This document shows, one piece after another, positions 19,041 to 29,207 of a stretch of DNA of 64,000 nucleotides. The notes beneath the pieces are model-generated. The model searched no databases. It had not been told where the DNA came from and worked only from the letters and a program-made list of their open reading frames with translations. The stretch's first letter is position 1. Each line of letters starts with the position of its first letter. A program made the position numbers and the translations under genes. This DNA comes from Bacteroidetes bacterium ADurb.Bin145 (lineage in GTDB: Bacteria; Bacteroidota; Bacteroidia; Bacteroidales; VadinHA17), in the NCBI GenBank assembly GCA_002070505.1, contig MWDJ01000005.1:73627-137626 (forward strand), written 5' to 3'.

Positions 19041-20978
19041 CTAATTTGTAAAGAAAAATATCATCAAAACTGATGTGGCTGTAATGAATACTGCTGAAGG
19101 TACAGTAATGAAAAAAAGCTGCCGTGAGGTAAGTTTTTCTTCGTTCCATGATCTTCTGAGATTCCTGAGACTCAGATAAAGGCCGGTTATTACCAGGCCG
19201 GACTGCATCCAGGGAATAAGCCCGGGAACTAACTGATGCCATGGGATATTAGCTGTGCCAAAGAAATCCCATCCCCAGCCGAAAGGATCAGAAACAGATT
19301 GAATTATGAAGGTCACATTGGCAAACAGCATCGGGATGACAAATGCTATCCAAAGCATAAGACCGACCGGCATCAGGCTGCCTGTTAAATTAAGAAAGAC
19401 TTTCTTTATACTTGTTTCAATTCCTGAAAACCTGACAGAAAGAAATGACATAAGAAACAATACTCCAGGCATTATGGCGAGTGATAATGTCCACAGAATA
19501 ACTATATATATTCCGAACAGATCCCAGTTTTTCTTGTCAAGGATGTTCACAAAATCCCTGACCACTGGCCAATGTCCTTGATATAGAATACTGTAAACAA
19601 TAGCCAGTGTAAAGACGACAATTATTCCCCAGGCATCACAATAATCCCTGGCGCCATTTTCTGAAGCCAATGGCCTCCTGAAGAGAGTAATGTTATTATA
19701 TGTGCAGCTTCTCAGACATTCAAAGCAAAGTCCGCAATCAGTATTTTCCTTCAATTCACCAACATTAAGCCCGTACGGACAGGCCCATCCCTTATTGTTA
19801 CCTTTTTCACAGTATCTTGCATTGCACTTGTCGCACACATCCTGTGATTTATTACGAAGTGCAACAGGACTCATACGGGAAAAAGGTCCCAGGAATACAC
19901 TCACCGGGCAAACATACCGGCAGAAGGCCCTTAATTCCCAGAATACTGCCATGATTGTCGGCACAAGTATCAGGAGTATCACCACCAGACCCGACACTTT
20001 CGGATCAGCAACCATTGTTGTGGAGAAAGTGGCAAGGATCAGAAAGAAAAAAAGCTTTATCCAGTTATTCCTTAAGATTGCCGGCCATTTAATAGACAAA
20101 CCATAAAAGCGGTTATTATTTCCGTTCGTTTTCCCCGGCGACGGATTAAAAAATGATCTCCTCTGGATCAGATCACCGAAAAATGGCAACGGGCATATCG
20201 TGCACCACAGGCGGCCAAACCAGGGCGTTAAGACAGCAACAAGCAGGAACAGCCATACCGCCCACATAAGAAGAACACCCAGATTTCGTCCTGACATTTT
20301 AGTACCGAAAAGAGATGTAAGGATGACAATATAGATCATCATCATGGCAATAATTGTAAGGATTATCTGAGCCCACCGTGATACTAATATCTTTCTTATG
20401 ACACTATCATTTCCAAGCAGGTCCTTATATCCATTCTTATTGTCATCGTCATAATTTACCCTGCCTCTGAAAAAGCTGATGATCCATAAGAACAGTATTC
20501 CGGCAACACAACCGAGGCTGAACATCAGAAGAGTGTTTGGCATTATTATCAGTTTCCCTGATTCAAAAGCATGCATCGGTCCGCACCATACATGGCATCT
20601 GTAGATGCTTTTAGAAACGAAGAAATTCCTGATACCGCTGTGTTTGGCAATAAAAGTCAGTCTCTGCGTCCTGTAAGGTTCCCGGGTAGGATCACTTGTT
20701 TTGAAGACTTCAACAAAATCACGTGATGGACTGATTTTAGCGTCAATATCAAACTCCTCCAGGAAAAATGAATGCCCGGTATCTTCGGTCGAAAATGTGA
20801 GATTCAGCGTATCACCACGGTGGCATCTTATAACTGATGGATCCTTGCCATATCTGAAATTACTTATATGTATGTCCCGTGATACTGGTTTATAATTGAT
20901 AAACTGGCAGGTAATGGCAGGAACAAGGCCAAAGACGGCAATAATGAGGATATTATACTTAAGTTTTCTGGAACTCAC
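19041..20978 (-). CDS. polytopic Fe-S membrane protein: N-terminal CuA-like cupredoxin domain fused to a NapH/NosR-like (CX2-3CP, 2x[4Fe-4S]) module
   Basis: GTG start and a signal anchor. Cupredoxin ligand pattern: GHSFF ... YRCHVWCGPMHAFESGKLII (compare COX2 HSF...CSEICGxNHSFM). Membrane motifs WCTICPLPFFG and FCRYVCPVSVF. Ferredoxin motifs CDKCNARYC...ACP and CGLCFECLRSC. There are more than 8 hydrophobic helices. Confidence 0.65.
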   Translation of the reverse strand: MSSRKLKYNILIIAVFGLVPAITCQFINYKPVSRDIHISNFRYGKDPSVIRCHRGDTLNLTFSTEDTGHSFFLEEFDIDAKISPSRDFVEVFKTSDPTREPYRTQRLTFIAKHSGIRNFFVSKSIYRCHVWCGPMHAFESGKLIIMPNTLLMFSLGCVAGILFLWIISFFRGRVNYDDDNKNGYKDLLGNDSVIRKILVSRWAQIILTIIAMMMIYIVILTSLFGTKMSGRNLGVLLMWAVWLFLLVAVLTPWFGRLWCTICPLPFFGDLIQRRSFFNPSPGKTNGNNNRFYGLSIKWPAILRNNWIKLFFFLILATFSTTMVADPKVSGLVVILLILVPTIMAVFWELRAFCRYVCPVSVFLGPFSRMSPVALRNKSQDVCDKCNARYCEKGNNKGWACPYGLNVGELKENTDCGLCFECLRSCTYNNITLFRRPLASENGARDYCDAWGIIVVFTLAIVYSILYQGHWPVVRDFVNILDKKNWDLFGIYIVILWTLSLAIMPGVLFLMSFLSVRFSGIETSIKKVFLNLTGSLMPVGLMLWIAFVIPMLFANVTFIIQSVSDPFGWGWDFFGTANIPWHQLVPGLIPWMQSGLVITGLYLSLRNLRRSWNEEKLTSRQLFFITVPSAVFITATSVLMIFFFTN

Positions 20979-21148
20979 GATGCAATATGAATCAACTTCA
21001 GCTTAACAACCATCTGTGATATGACACTCCGGATATTTTCGCATCAATGATAGCGAATTCCATGCAAAAAACAATTTATGAATATCAGTTTTGTTATTTT
21101 TAGGCCTTTGTTTCAAATTAATCAGAGGAACTTAAACTCATAATCTAA

Positions 21149-22540
21149 ATGTCAGAATCAAAGACCAAATCAACAAAACGCAATAAAAGAAAACATAATT
21201 ACATTCCGGTAATTATAATCCTTGTAATAATTGTCGGGATTCCTCTTCTGATCCTTAATTATCAGGTAAAAAGAAGCGGTCTGAGCCAGAAGGAAGTCAT
21301 ACATCGGTTGCTGAGGAAATCCGGTCAGGTTGAAGATAGGGCAGTTAGCTTAAATGATGGAGTAAAATCCGAAAAGGTCGATTTTCTCGTTCCGTCACAA
21401 ATAGGGCAGAGTTTCAGCGAGCCTCCCCTGATCTCTCATATATCTGCCACTGATCTTGATAAAGACGGACTGCTTGATGTTCTTGTATGTGATTCAAGAC
21501 AAAATACAATTTCATGGATCCGCCAGTATCCTGCCGGAACTTACACCGAAATAGTACTTGCTGAAGATATAAAGGCTCCTGCGCATATTCAGGCATATGA
21601 TTTTGATTCTGACGGAGACCTTGACCTCCTGGTAGCAGTATTGGGAATGTTGTTCCCGAATAATGACAAGATTGGTTCAGTCGTGATCCTTGAGAACAAC
21701 GGTTCTTTTCAGTTTACTAAACACGTCGTCGTCGAAAAGATTGCCCGTGTCTCTGATGTCAGGGCAGGAGATCTTGATGGTGACGGTGATAATGATCTTG
21801 CAGTTGCTCAGTTTGGTTATGATGATGGCGAAACGCGATGGATTGAAAACCTGGGGAAATGGAATTTTGAGAGCCATAACCTCCAGTACCTGTCTGGACC
21901 GATCAATGCAGAAATATTGGATATTGACAATGACGGGGATCTTGATAATATTGTACTGGTAAGCCAGGAATGGGAGGAGATTTATTGCTATATTAATGAC
22001 GGAAAGGGAAATTTCCAGGCAAAACTGTTATTCGGATCCAGTAATGAGGATTTTGGCTCCAGCAATCTTTCTGTTTATGATTATGACAAGGATGGTGATC
22101 AGGATATCCTTTACACAAACGGAGATGCATTTGATTACATACCTCCCCAGGGTCGTCCCTGGCATGGTGTAAACATACTTGAAAACAAAGGGAATCTGGT
22201 TTTTGAATACCGCAGGTTATGTTTCTTTACAGGTGCCACTTATATGAAACCGGCTGATATTGACAATGACTCTGATATTGATTTTTTTGCTGTAAGTACC
22301 TGGAACCTGTGGGATGACCCGAAATCTGTAAGTCTGATATGGCTTGAAAATATTGATAATGTTCAGTTTGTGAAACACGAAATATCAAATAATCCTACCC
22401 ATCTGCTCTGTTGTGAACCGGGTGATTTTAATAATGATGGGCTTATCGATCTGGTTACCTGTGGGATGCACACATTCCCGCCTTATGACCGCATGGGACG
22501 AATTACCCTCTGGACCAATAACGGAGCCTTAATGCCTTAA
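21149..22540 (+). CDS. FG-GAP/VCBS-repeat (integrin-alpha-like beta-propeller) protein with N-terminal membrane anchor
   Basis: TM helix (YIPVIIILVIIVGIPLLIL). Repeated Ca-binding-like DxDxDGxxD units (DLDKDGLLD, DFDSDGDLD, DLDGDGDND, DIDNDGDLD, DYDKDGDQD, DIDNDSDID, DFNNDGLID). Confidence 0.7.
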   Translation: MSESKTKSTKRNKRKHNYIPVIIILVIIVGIPLLILNYQVKRSGLSQKEVIHRLLRKSGQVEDRAVSLNDGVKSEKVDFLVPSQIGQSFSEPPLISHISATDLDKDGLLDVLVCDSRQNTISWIRQYPAGTYTEIVLAEDIKAPAHIQAYDFDSDGDLDLLVAVLGMLFPNNDKIGSVVILENNGSFQFTKHVVVEKIARVSDVRAGDLDGDGDNDLAVAQFGYDDGETRWIENLGKWNFESHNLQYLSGPINAEILDIDNDGDLDNIVLVSQEWEEIYCYINDGKGNFQAKLLFGSSNEDFGSSNLSVYDYDKDGDQDILYTNGDAFDYIPPQGRPWHGVNILENKGNLVFEYRRLCFFTGATYMKPADIDNDSDIDFFAVSTWNLWDDPKSVSLIWLENIDNVQFVKHEISNNPTHLLCCEPGDFNNDGLIDLVTCGMHTFPPYDRMGRITLWTNNGALMP

Positions 22541-22555
22541 CGCCTTAACGCCTTT

Positions 22556-23077
22556 CTACATCAACCTTCCAACTTCGCTCTTAATATAATCGATAGCAGC
22601 TTTTGTAGGCTCCTTTTCAAGCTCCATTATTGTTTCAAGAAGTTTCTTGCTAAGATCCATACTGCTTGCTGTCTGCGGCATTTTTTCGAAATCGGCATTG
22701 ATGATCTTGATCATATTGGAACGGGCGTTCCTTACTATTTCCCATGCCTGAGGGCTCATGTAAATCTGTTGTGAAAGGTTATGCTCAAATTCACTCCGGA
22801 TATTTGTCAGCAGCGCAGAATGCAGCTGGACAGCTGTCATTCCCGGAGTATTAATTCTGATAAGCATTGATTCGAGGGATATCCTCTCAAGAAAAAGGAC
22901 GACTCTTTCATATGCCTGGAGCCTTATAGGTATCACGGTGCGGTTGTTCTGAAGTATCAGCTCATGCTTCCTTTTCTCCTGATCATTTTTTATCATTCCC
23001 CTCAGAAGGATTATTGCTGTCAAAAGAACAAGCAGTGCAGGGATCGTAATTTTTAGAATTTCAGCTACAGTATTCAT
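22556..23077 (-). CDS. hypothetical membrane-anchored protein
   Basis: 173-aa ORF with one N-terminal TM helix (ITIPALLVLLTAIILL). The remainder is predicted helical. I recognised no family. Confidence 0.5.
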   Translation of the reverse strand: MNTVAEILKITIPALLVLLTAIILLRGMIKNDQEKRKHELILQNNRTVIPIRLQAYERVVLFLERISLESMLIRINTPGMTAVQLHSALLTNIRSEFEHNLSQQIYMSPQAWEIVRNARSNMIKIINADFEKMPQTASSMDLSKKLLETIMELEKEPTKAAIDYIKSEVGRLM

Positions 23078-23142
23078 GGCTTGCCATATTTAACGACAAA
23101 ATACAAACTTAATTCTATTTATTCAATTAAATCCATAATAGA

Positions 23143-23178
23143 AGTACTTAAAGTACTTAGAGTACTTAAAGTACTTAG
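23143..23178. repeat. tandem 9-mer AGTACTTAR x4 in a divergent intergenic region
   Basis: The sequence reads agtacttaa|agtacttag|agtacttaa|agtacttag, then a degenerate agttagagg. Each unit contains the palindrome AGTACT. Confidence 0.85.
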
Positions 23179-23300
23179 AGTTAGAGGAGAAGATTGAAAA
23201 TGAAACTTTTGATAAAACATATCTGTAAGTTTCAAAAATGCAAAATAAAGATATCTGCGAAACTTTTTCCGGATAGGTCTCTACATATTGATTTTAGCTT

Positions 23301-23308
23301 TATATTTG
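23301..23308 (+). promoter_or_regulatory. -7 promoter box TATATTTG upstream of aspC
   Basis: Matches TAnnTTTG, 45 nt upstream of the ATG at 23353. Confidence 0.4.
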
Positions 23309-23352
23309 ACTTTGGTCCTAAGACTTGTTGAACCTTAAATTTTTTTATCAGT

Positions 23353-24546
23353 ATGGAATATTTATCAGACAGAATCAAGTTATTATCAGCATCTGCAACA
23401 CTGGCAATGGCTCAGAAGAGCAGAGAACTGAAAGCTAAGGGAATGGATATCATTAGCTTGAGCTTGGGAGAACCTGATTTCAACACGCCGGATTACATCA
23501 AGGAGGCAGGGAAAAAAGCAATCGATGATAACTTTTCAAAATACCCGCCTGTATCGGGTTATAATGATCTGAGAGAGGCAATCTCAAAGAAATTCAGAGA
23601 GGAAAATGGACTGAATTACACTCCCGATCAGATCGTGGTCTCTGTCGGAGGGAAACATTCGCTTATAAATGTGATGCTTTGTATGATCAATCCGGGTGAT
23701 GAGGTCATAATCCTGGCACCGTACTGGGTAAGCTATTATGACCAGGTTCTTCTCGCAGGAGGGAAACCGGTCATAGTTGAGGCTACTCTCGAAAACGATT
23801 TTAAGGTCCTTCCCGAACAGCTCGAAGTTGTCATTACGAAGAAAACAAGGCTAATAATATTCAATTCGCCATCCAATCCGACAGGTATGGTCTACACAAG
23901 GGAGGAGATGGAAGCTATAGCCCGGGTTGTAAGCAGGCATGAAGGATTGTATATAATGACAGACGAAATTTATGAACACATAATATTCAAGGGGGAACAT
24001 GTGAGTATGGCTTCTTTCGATTTCATCTACGACCGTGTCATTACAGTAAATGGTCTGTCGAAAAGCTATGCCATGACTGGCTGGAGGATAGGATATATAG
24101 GCGCACCTCTGTGGATCGCAAAAGCAGTTGATAAACTTCAGGGTCAGTTTACCTCCGGGGTATGCACAATTGCTCAGAAAGCGGCTGTGGCTGCTCTCAG
24201 ACAGGACGATGGTTCAAGAAAGATGATGCGGGATGCCTTTCTGAGAAGACGGGACCTTGTCTGTAAGTTACTTAAGGAAATTAAAGGTTTCAAAATCAGA
24301 GTACCCCAGGGGGCGTTTTATGTGATGCCTGACATAAGCCATTTCCTTGGCAAATCGGACGGTGAGAAAAAAATCAATACTTCCGATGAACTTGCACTTT
24401 ATCTTCTTGAAAAAGCGCAGGTGGCAGTTGTGGGAGGTGATTCCTTCGGCGCACCGAAATGCATCAGAATATCCTATGCCACCTCTGACGATCTGCTGGT
24501 CGAGGCAATGAAGAGAATGAAAAAAGCATTGGAACTATTAAGATAA
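23353..24546 (+). CDS. aspC: aspartate/aromatic aminotransferase (class I PLP)
   Basis: Motifs SLGEPDF, NSPSNPTG and NGLSKSYAMTGWRIGY, which contains the PLP-binding Lys. Length is 397 aa. Confidence 0.85.
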   Translation: MEYLSDRIKLLSASATLAMAQKSRELKAKGMDIISLSLGEPDFNTPDYIKEAGKKAIDDNFSKYPPVSGYNDLREAISKKFREENGLNYTPDQIVVSVGGKHSLINVMLCMINPGDEVIILAPYWVSYYDQVLLAGGKPVIVEATLENDFKVLPEQLEVVITKKTRLIIFNSPSNPTGMVYTREEMEAIARVVSRHEGLYIMTDEIYEHIIFKGEHVSMASFDFIYDRVITVNGLSKSYAMTGWRIGYIGAPLWIAKAVDKLQGQFTSGVCTIAQKAAVAALRQDDGSRKMMRDAFLRRRDLVCKLLKEIKGFKIRVPQGAFYVMPDISHFLGKSDGEKKINTSDELALYLLEKAQVAVVGGDSFGAPKCIRISYATSDDLLVEAMKRMKKALELLR

Positions 24547-24606
24547 TATTTCGTATCTTTATTCTATAATCGTTTAATTTCAATTTCATAAATAAAAAAT
24601 ACTAAA

Positions 24607-25167
24607 ATGAGTTTTTTCCTCGTAATTATTATCGCTATCGTTTTACTTGCCCTCTGGGCAGTATCGCTCTATAACAGGCTTGTCAGGCTCAGGAATGGCA
24701 GAGAGCAGGCATTTGCAGATGTTGATGTTCAACTGAAACAAAGACATGATATGATCCCTCAGCTGGTGGAGGCCGTAAGAGGGTATATGCAGCATGAGCG
24801 CGGCGTTCTTACTGAAGTTACTGAAGCTCGTGCTGCTGCAATGAAAGCAACTTCCATAAATGAAAAAATATCGGCTGAGACAAGATTATCTACTGCTCTC
24901 GACGGGCTCAAAGTGGCTGTTGAAGCATATCCTGACCTGAAAGCTAGTCAGAATTTCCTTGATCTTCAGAATGAGATATCTGATATTGAAAATAAAATAG
25001 CCTCTGCAAGAAGATTCTTTAACTCGGCTACAAAAGAACTTAATGTGGCTACTGAAGTATTCCCTTCAAATATAGTTGCTACGCTCTTCAACTTTAAACG
25101 TGAACCAATGTTTGACCTTGGTGAGCAGAGAACTGCTGTAGAAGAACCTCCAAAGATCCAGTTCTGA
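24607..25167 (+). CDS. lemA: LemA-family membrane protein
   Basis: N-terminal TM helix followed by YNRLVRLRN...AFADVDVQLKQRHDMIPQLVE, typical of LemA. Confidence 0.85.
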   Translation: MSFFLVIIIAIVLLALWAVSLYNRLVRLRNGREQAFADVDVQLKQRHDMIPQLVEAVRGYMQHERGVLTEVTEARAAAMKATSINEKISAETRLSTALDGLKVAVEAYPDLKASQNFLDLQNEISDIENKIASARRFFNSATKELNVATEVFPSNIVATLFNFKREPMFDLGEQRTAVEEPPKIQF

Positions 25168-25171
25168 AAAA

Positions 25172-26140
25172 ATGAAGTATTTTGGCCTGCAAAGCCAGAT
25201 CAGGAAGAATAATGCCAATTCAGTACTGTTACTGATCCTTTTCCCTGTCGTTTTTTTCGTACTGACATGGCTCTTCTTTTTATTGACCTCAATTGGCAAG
25301 GCAGAATATCTAGGCTCAGAACTGGGGCAGACAGATATGCTTCAGTTTGTTAATAGCAGATTCATCCGTACAATACCTTGGATAACAATTGGTGTAGCTA
25401 TCTGGTTCACAATAGCATGGGCCTCTCATAGCGCTATGATAAATGCGGCCACATCTTCAAAACCGCTCGAGAGAAAGGAAAACAAGAGGATTTATAATCT
25501 CGTAGAAAATCTTTGTATTTCCGTGGGGATGCCCATGCCCAAAGTAAATATTATTGAAGATGACTCATTGAATGCTTTTGCAAGCGGACTGAATCCAAAA
25601 ACCTATACTATATCATTATCCCGTGGGATTATCAATAAGCTGGATGACAGGGAGCTTGAAGCAGTGATTGCACATGAACTTACTCATATAAGGAACCGTG
25701 ATGTGCGCCTTCTTATTATTTCAATAGTATTTGTGGGAATATTTGCTTTTATTTCTGAGACATTATTCAGAACGATAAGGTTTGGGAGTATATCAAGGGG
25801 AAAGAAGGGAAGCGGAGGAGCTGCAATTTTAATCGCTCTGCTTCTTGCTGTCGTTGGTTACCTGATAGCAACACTTTTCAGATTTGCTCTTTCAAGAAAA
25901 CGCGAATATCTCGCTGATGCCGGATCGGCCGAGCTTACAAGAAACCCCCTTGCCCTGGCTTCGGCCTTGAGGAAGATATCAGTTGATCCTACTATTGAAG
26001 CTGTCAAGAGAAATGATGTTGCCCAGATGTTCATTGAAAATCCTCAGGCAGAACTCAAGAATTCATCATTTTCTTTCAGCACTCTGTTTGCAACCCATCC
26101 TCCGATTAAAAAACGTATAGAATTGCTGGAACAGTATTAA
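25172..26140 (+). CDS. M48-family zinc metallopeptidase (HtpX-like)
   Basis: HExxH motif in AVIAHELTHIRNRD. Multiple TM helices. It starts 4 nt after lemA, and the LemA-M48 pairing is a common one. Confidence 0.8.
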   Translation: MKYFGLQSQIRKNNANSVLLLILFPVVFFVLTWLFFLLTSIGKAEYLGSELGQTDMLQFVNSRFIRTIPWITIGVAIWFTIAWASHSAMINAATSSKPLERKENKRIYNLVENLCISVGMPMPKVNIIEDDSLNAFASGLNPKTYTISLSRGIINKLDDRELEAVIAHELTHIRNRDVRLLIISIVFVGIFAFISETLFRTIRFGSISRGKKGSGGAAILIALLLAVVGYLIATLFRFALSRKREYLADAGSAELTRNPLALASALRKISVDPTIEAVKRNDVAQMFIENPQAELKNSSFSFSTLFATHPPIKKRIELLEQY

Positions 26141-26201
26141 ATACAATAACCTGTCGGCATACTTTCCGGCGGGATGGTTTCATGTGAATCGGGTGGTCAC
26201 T

Positions 26202-26855
26202 TCATGAATCTTTTTTTTGCGTTACTCCCTGCTTCTTTTTAAACAGCCTTGCTTCTTCTCCCCTTAACAGCCTTCCGATATTCTTTCGGTGAGTAACGAG
26301 TAAGGCTATTCCTACGAATACTGAAAATATCCTGAATATTATTGAATCAGTGCCAAAAACTGTGAACAGCAGAACGGGAAAGGCAATTCCTGCACTCATG
26401 GAAGATACTGATACTATCCCTGTTAAAATAAAAACTATCAGGAAGATGCCGAGGCACGCAAGTGTTAATAATGGATGAATTGCGAGAAGTACACCGAACA
26501 TTGTTGCCACACCTTTGCCTCCCCTGAAACCTGCAAAAACAGGAAAAATATGTCCAATGATGGCTGTCAGACCCGAAACTATCTGAAGGTTGATAAGTGC
26601 AGCGCTTCCCGTACCGGCAAGATTCAGAAAGACAGGGATCATTGTAGCTGCCCATCCTTTAGCCAGATCAGCTATAAGTACAGGTACTCCTGTTTTCCAG
26701 CCAAGAACCCTTATGACATTTGTAGTACCTGCATTTCCGCTGCCATGTTCCCTGACATCAATTCCGTGCAATATCTTACCTGCCCATACTGCCGAAGGTA
26801 TTGATCCAAGAAGGTATGAGAGCAATATTGAAATAATTATGAGAATTATATTCAT
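26202..26855 (-). CDS. plsY: glycerol-3-phosphate acyltransferase PlsY
   Basis: Motifs GSIPSAVW, GSGNAGTTNV and FRGGKGVAT. 217 aa and polytopic. Confidence 0.85.
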   Translation of the reverse strand: MNIILIIISILLSYLLGSIPSAVWAGKILHGIDVREHGSGNAGTTNVIRVLGWKTGVPVLIADLAKGWAATMIPVFLNLAGTGSAALINLQIVSGLTAIIGHIFPVFAGFRGGKGVATMFGVLLAIHPLLTLACLGIFLIVFILTGIVSVSSMSAGIAFPVLLFTVFGTDSIIFRIFSVFVGIALLVTHRKNIGRLLRGEEARLFKKKQGVTQKKDS

Positions 26856-27045
26856 CTGTATGATTTTGGATTGACAAAGATAATACTTTAGTAAATAAAC
26901 CTGATTTTCAGTATCCTGATTAGGTGTATCTCACTCAGGTAATTACAGTTAAGCGTTCCCGGACAGGGTAAAACTATTATTAACGGTCTTTATTATGCAA
27001 GTGGGTTTAAGTTATAATAATCATGTTAAGGGCAGCCATGCAAAG

Positions 27046-27069
27046 AAGGGCATTTTTACCAATGCCCTT
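27046..27069 (-). terminator. possible terminator hairpin downstream of pckG
   Basis: AAGGGCAT-ttttacca-ATGCCCTT, 30 nt beyond the pckG stop. The U-tract on the minus strand is weak (CTTTG). Confidence 0.35.
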
Positions 27070-27099
27070 ACTTTCATTTAAATGTGTCCTTGTAATTTA

Positions 27100-28890
27100 T
27101 CAGGCATTATTAAGCCTCGTTTCAAGTGCTGCGAGTTGTTTACTCAATTCTTCCGGAAGCCTGTCACCAAAGATTGTATAGTGTGTCTTGATGAGTTCAA
27201 GTTCAGTCTGCCATTCCTTTTTGTCTATTTTTATGATTCCTTCTACATCAATTGTTTCATTAAGGCCTTCCAGGTCGATTGTCCCTTTTTCCGGCACCAG
27301 GCCGATTGGTGTCATGTCAGCGGAGGTTGAATTTTCAAGCCGTTCAAAAATCCATTTAAGAACCCTGATGTTGTCTCCATAACCGGGCCACAGGTATTTA
27401 CCTTCGGAGTTTTTACGGAACCAGTTGACATTGAATATTCTGGGTAATTTATTTTTATCAGGGGCATTTTCACCGATCTTTATCCAGTGTTTGAAATAAT
27501 CACCCATATGATATCCGCAAAATGGGAGCATAGCAAAAGGATCACGGCGCACACCGGCTTTCAGTCCGATCGCAGCAGCTGTTACTTCTGAACCTGCTAT
27601 GGAGCCCATGAACACCCCGTGATTCCAGTCAAACGATTCATAAACAAGCGGCAGGGTATCAGGCCTGCGTCCTCCGAAGAGAATTGCTGAAATGGGAACC
27701 CCGGCCGGGTTTTCCCAGTCGTTGTCAATTACAGGACATTGTTTTGCAGGTGCGGTAAACCTTGCATTGGGATGTGCAGCCGGTTTACCTGATGATGCAT
27801 CATATTTTTCATTTGTCCATGTAATCGTACCAGCAGGCACGTCATAACCAATTCCTTCCCACCAGATATCTCCATCTGGTGTGAGTCCTGTGTTTGTAAA
27901 AATTGTGTTTTCCCTGCAGGAAAGCATAGCATTCGGATTTGTTTTCATTGAAGTATAGGGTGCTACTCCGAAGAAGCCTGCTTCAGGATTGATGGCATAT
28001 AAGCGTCCGTCTTTCCCGAATTTCATCCATGCAATATCATCTCCCACGCATTCAACTTTCCATCCGGGAATTGTAGGAATGAGCATTGCAAGATTTGTTT
28101 TGCCGCAGGCACTGGGGAACGCAGCAGCAAAATACTTTTTGACACCCTTTGGATTGGTGATGCCCATAATGAGCATATGTTCAGCCAGCCAACCCTCTCT
28201 TTTTGCCATGTTTGAAGCTATTCTCAGGGCAAAGCACTTTTTACCGAGAAGAGCATTGCCTCCGTAACCACTTCCATATGACCATATTTCATTAGTTTCG
28301 GGGAAATGCGTTATGAATTTTTTCTCAATAGGAGCGCAGGGCCACTTCTTATCAGTTTCTCCGGGCCGGAGAGGAGCACCAACTGAATGAACACATGGTA
28401 CAAAATCGTTGTTATCAAGGATATCCAGAACGGCTTTTCCCATACGGGTCATTATCCTCATGTTTATAACTACATAGATCGAATCTGTGATCTCAACTCC
28501 GATATGTGAGATGTTCGAGCCAAGCGGACCCATGCTGAAGGGAATTATATACATGGTACGTCCCTTCATACAACCTTTGTAGAGAGAACGGAGAGTCTCT
28601 TTCATTTCCCGCGGATCTTTCCAGTTATTTGTTGGTCCTGCGTCCTCTTTTTTCTCGCTGCATATATATGTACGATCTTCAACACGGGCGACATCGCTGG
28701 GATCACTCTGAAAATAATAACATCCCGGACGTTTATCTCCGTTAAGCCTGACCGCGCTTCCGTTTTTCACAACGATATCCAGAAGTAACTGGTTTTCTTC
28801 CTCTGATCCATCGCACCAGTGTACTGATTCCGGCTGGCAGAGATCTGTCCATTCCTTAACCCATCTTAACAATTTTTCATTCTTTGTCAT
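27100..28890 (-). CDS. pckG: phosphoenolpyruvate carboxykinase (GTP-dependent type)
   Basis: 596 aa. Motifs [30 protein letters not shown] (GTP-PEPCK P-loop) and VGDDIAWM. Confidence 0.9.
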   Translation of the reverse strand: MTKNEKLLRWVKEWTDLCQPESVHWCDGSEEENQLLLDIVVKNGSAVRLNGDKRPGCYYFQSDPSDVARVEDRTYICSEKKEDAGPTNNWKDPREMKETLRSLYKGCMKGRTMYIIPFSMGPLGSNISHIGVEITDSIYVVINMRIMTRMGKAVLDILDNNDFVPCVHSVGAPLRPGETDKKWPCAPIEKKFITHFPETNEIWSYGSGYGGNALLGKKCFALRIASNMAKREGWLAEHMLIMGITNPKGVKKYFAAAFPSACGKTNLAMLIPTIPGWKVECVGDDIAWMKFGKDGRLYAINPEAGFFGVAPYTSMKTNPNAMLSCRENTIFTNTGLTPDGDIWWEGIGYDVPAGTITWTNEKYDASSGKPAAHPNARFTAPAKQCPVIDNDWENPAGVPISAILFGGRRPDTLPLVYESFDWNHGVFMGSIAGSEVTAAAIGLKAGVRRDPFAMLPFCGYHMGDYFKHWIKIGENAPDKNKLPRIFNVNWFRKNSEGKYLWPGYGDNIRVLKWIFERLENSTSADMTPIGLVPEKGTIDLEGLNETIDVEGIIKIDKKEWQTELELIKTHYTIFGDRLPEELSKQLAALETRLNNA

Positions 28891-28940
28891 AAACTCCTGT
28901 TTTCTAAATAAATATTAACATCATTTTCACTCAGATTTGT

Positions 28941-28948
28941 CAAATATA
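28941..28948 (-). promoter_or_regulatory. -7 promoter box TATATTTG upstream of pckG
   Basis: The minus strand reads TATATTTG, about 51 nt upstream of the pckG ATG, inside a 317-nt AT-rich intergenic region. Confidence 0.4.
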
Positions 28949-29139
28949 GGAATACATTTAATAATTAAAACTAACCTGTCAATAATTATTAAGTATTTTA
29001 TTAACATAAAATTATGAATAGAATAAAATCATTAATATTTTGTATGTGAATACAAGTAAATTACTCGCATTTACTGATATTTACTTAATAACAATTAAAT
29101 GTTCATTTTGACGTATTAATAGCAGCTATCAAAAATTAT

Positions 29140-29173
29140 AAAAAAAGCCGTCTCAATTATATTATGAGACGGC
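29140..29173 (-). terminator. rho-independent terminator of ppdK
   Basis: The minus strand reads GCCGTCTCA-taatataat-TGAGACGGC followed by TTTTTTT. It lies about 35 nt after the ppdK stop. Confidence 0.8.
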
Positions 29174-29207
29174 CTCTTTTAATTACAGCAATCTATGTTT
29201 CAGGTAT

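Noticed and set aside
28891-29139. 317-nt AT-rich gap between pckG and ppdK, examined for a tRNA, small RNA or riboswitch.
   Set aside because: I found only a -7 promoter box and, further on, the ppdK terminator. There are no conserved stems or tRNA-like T-loop sequences.
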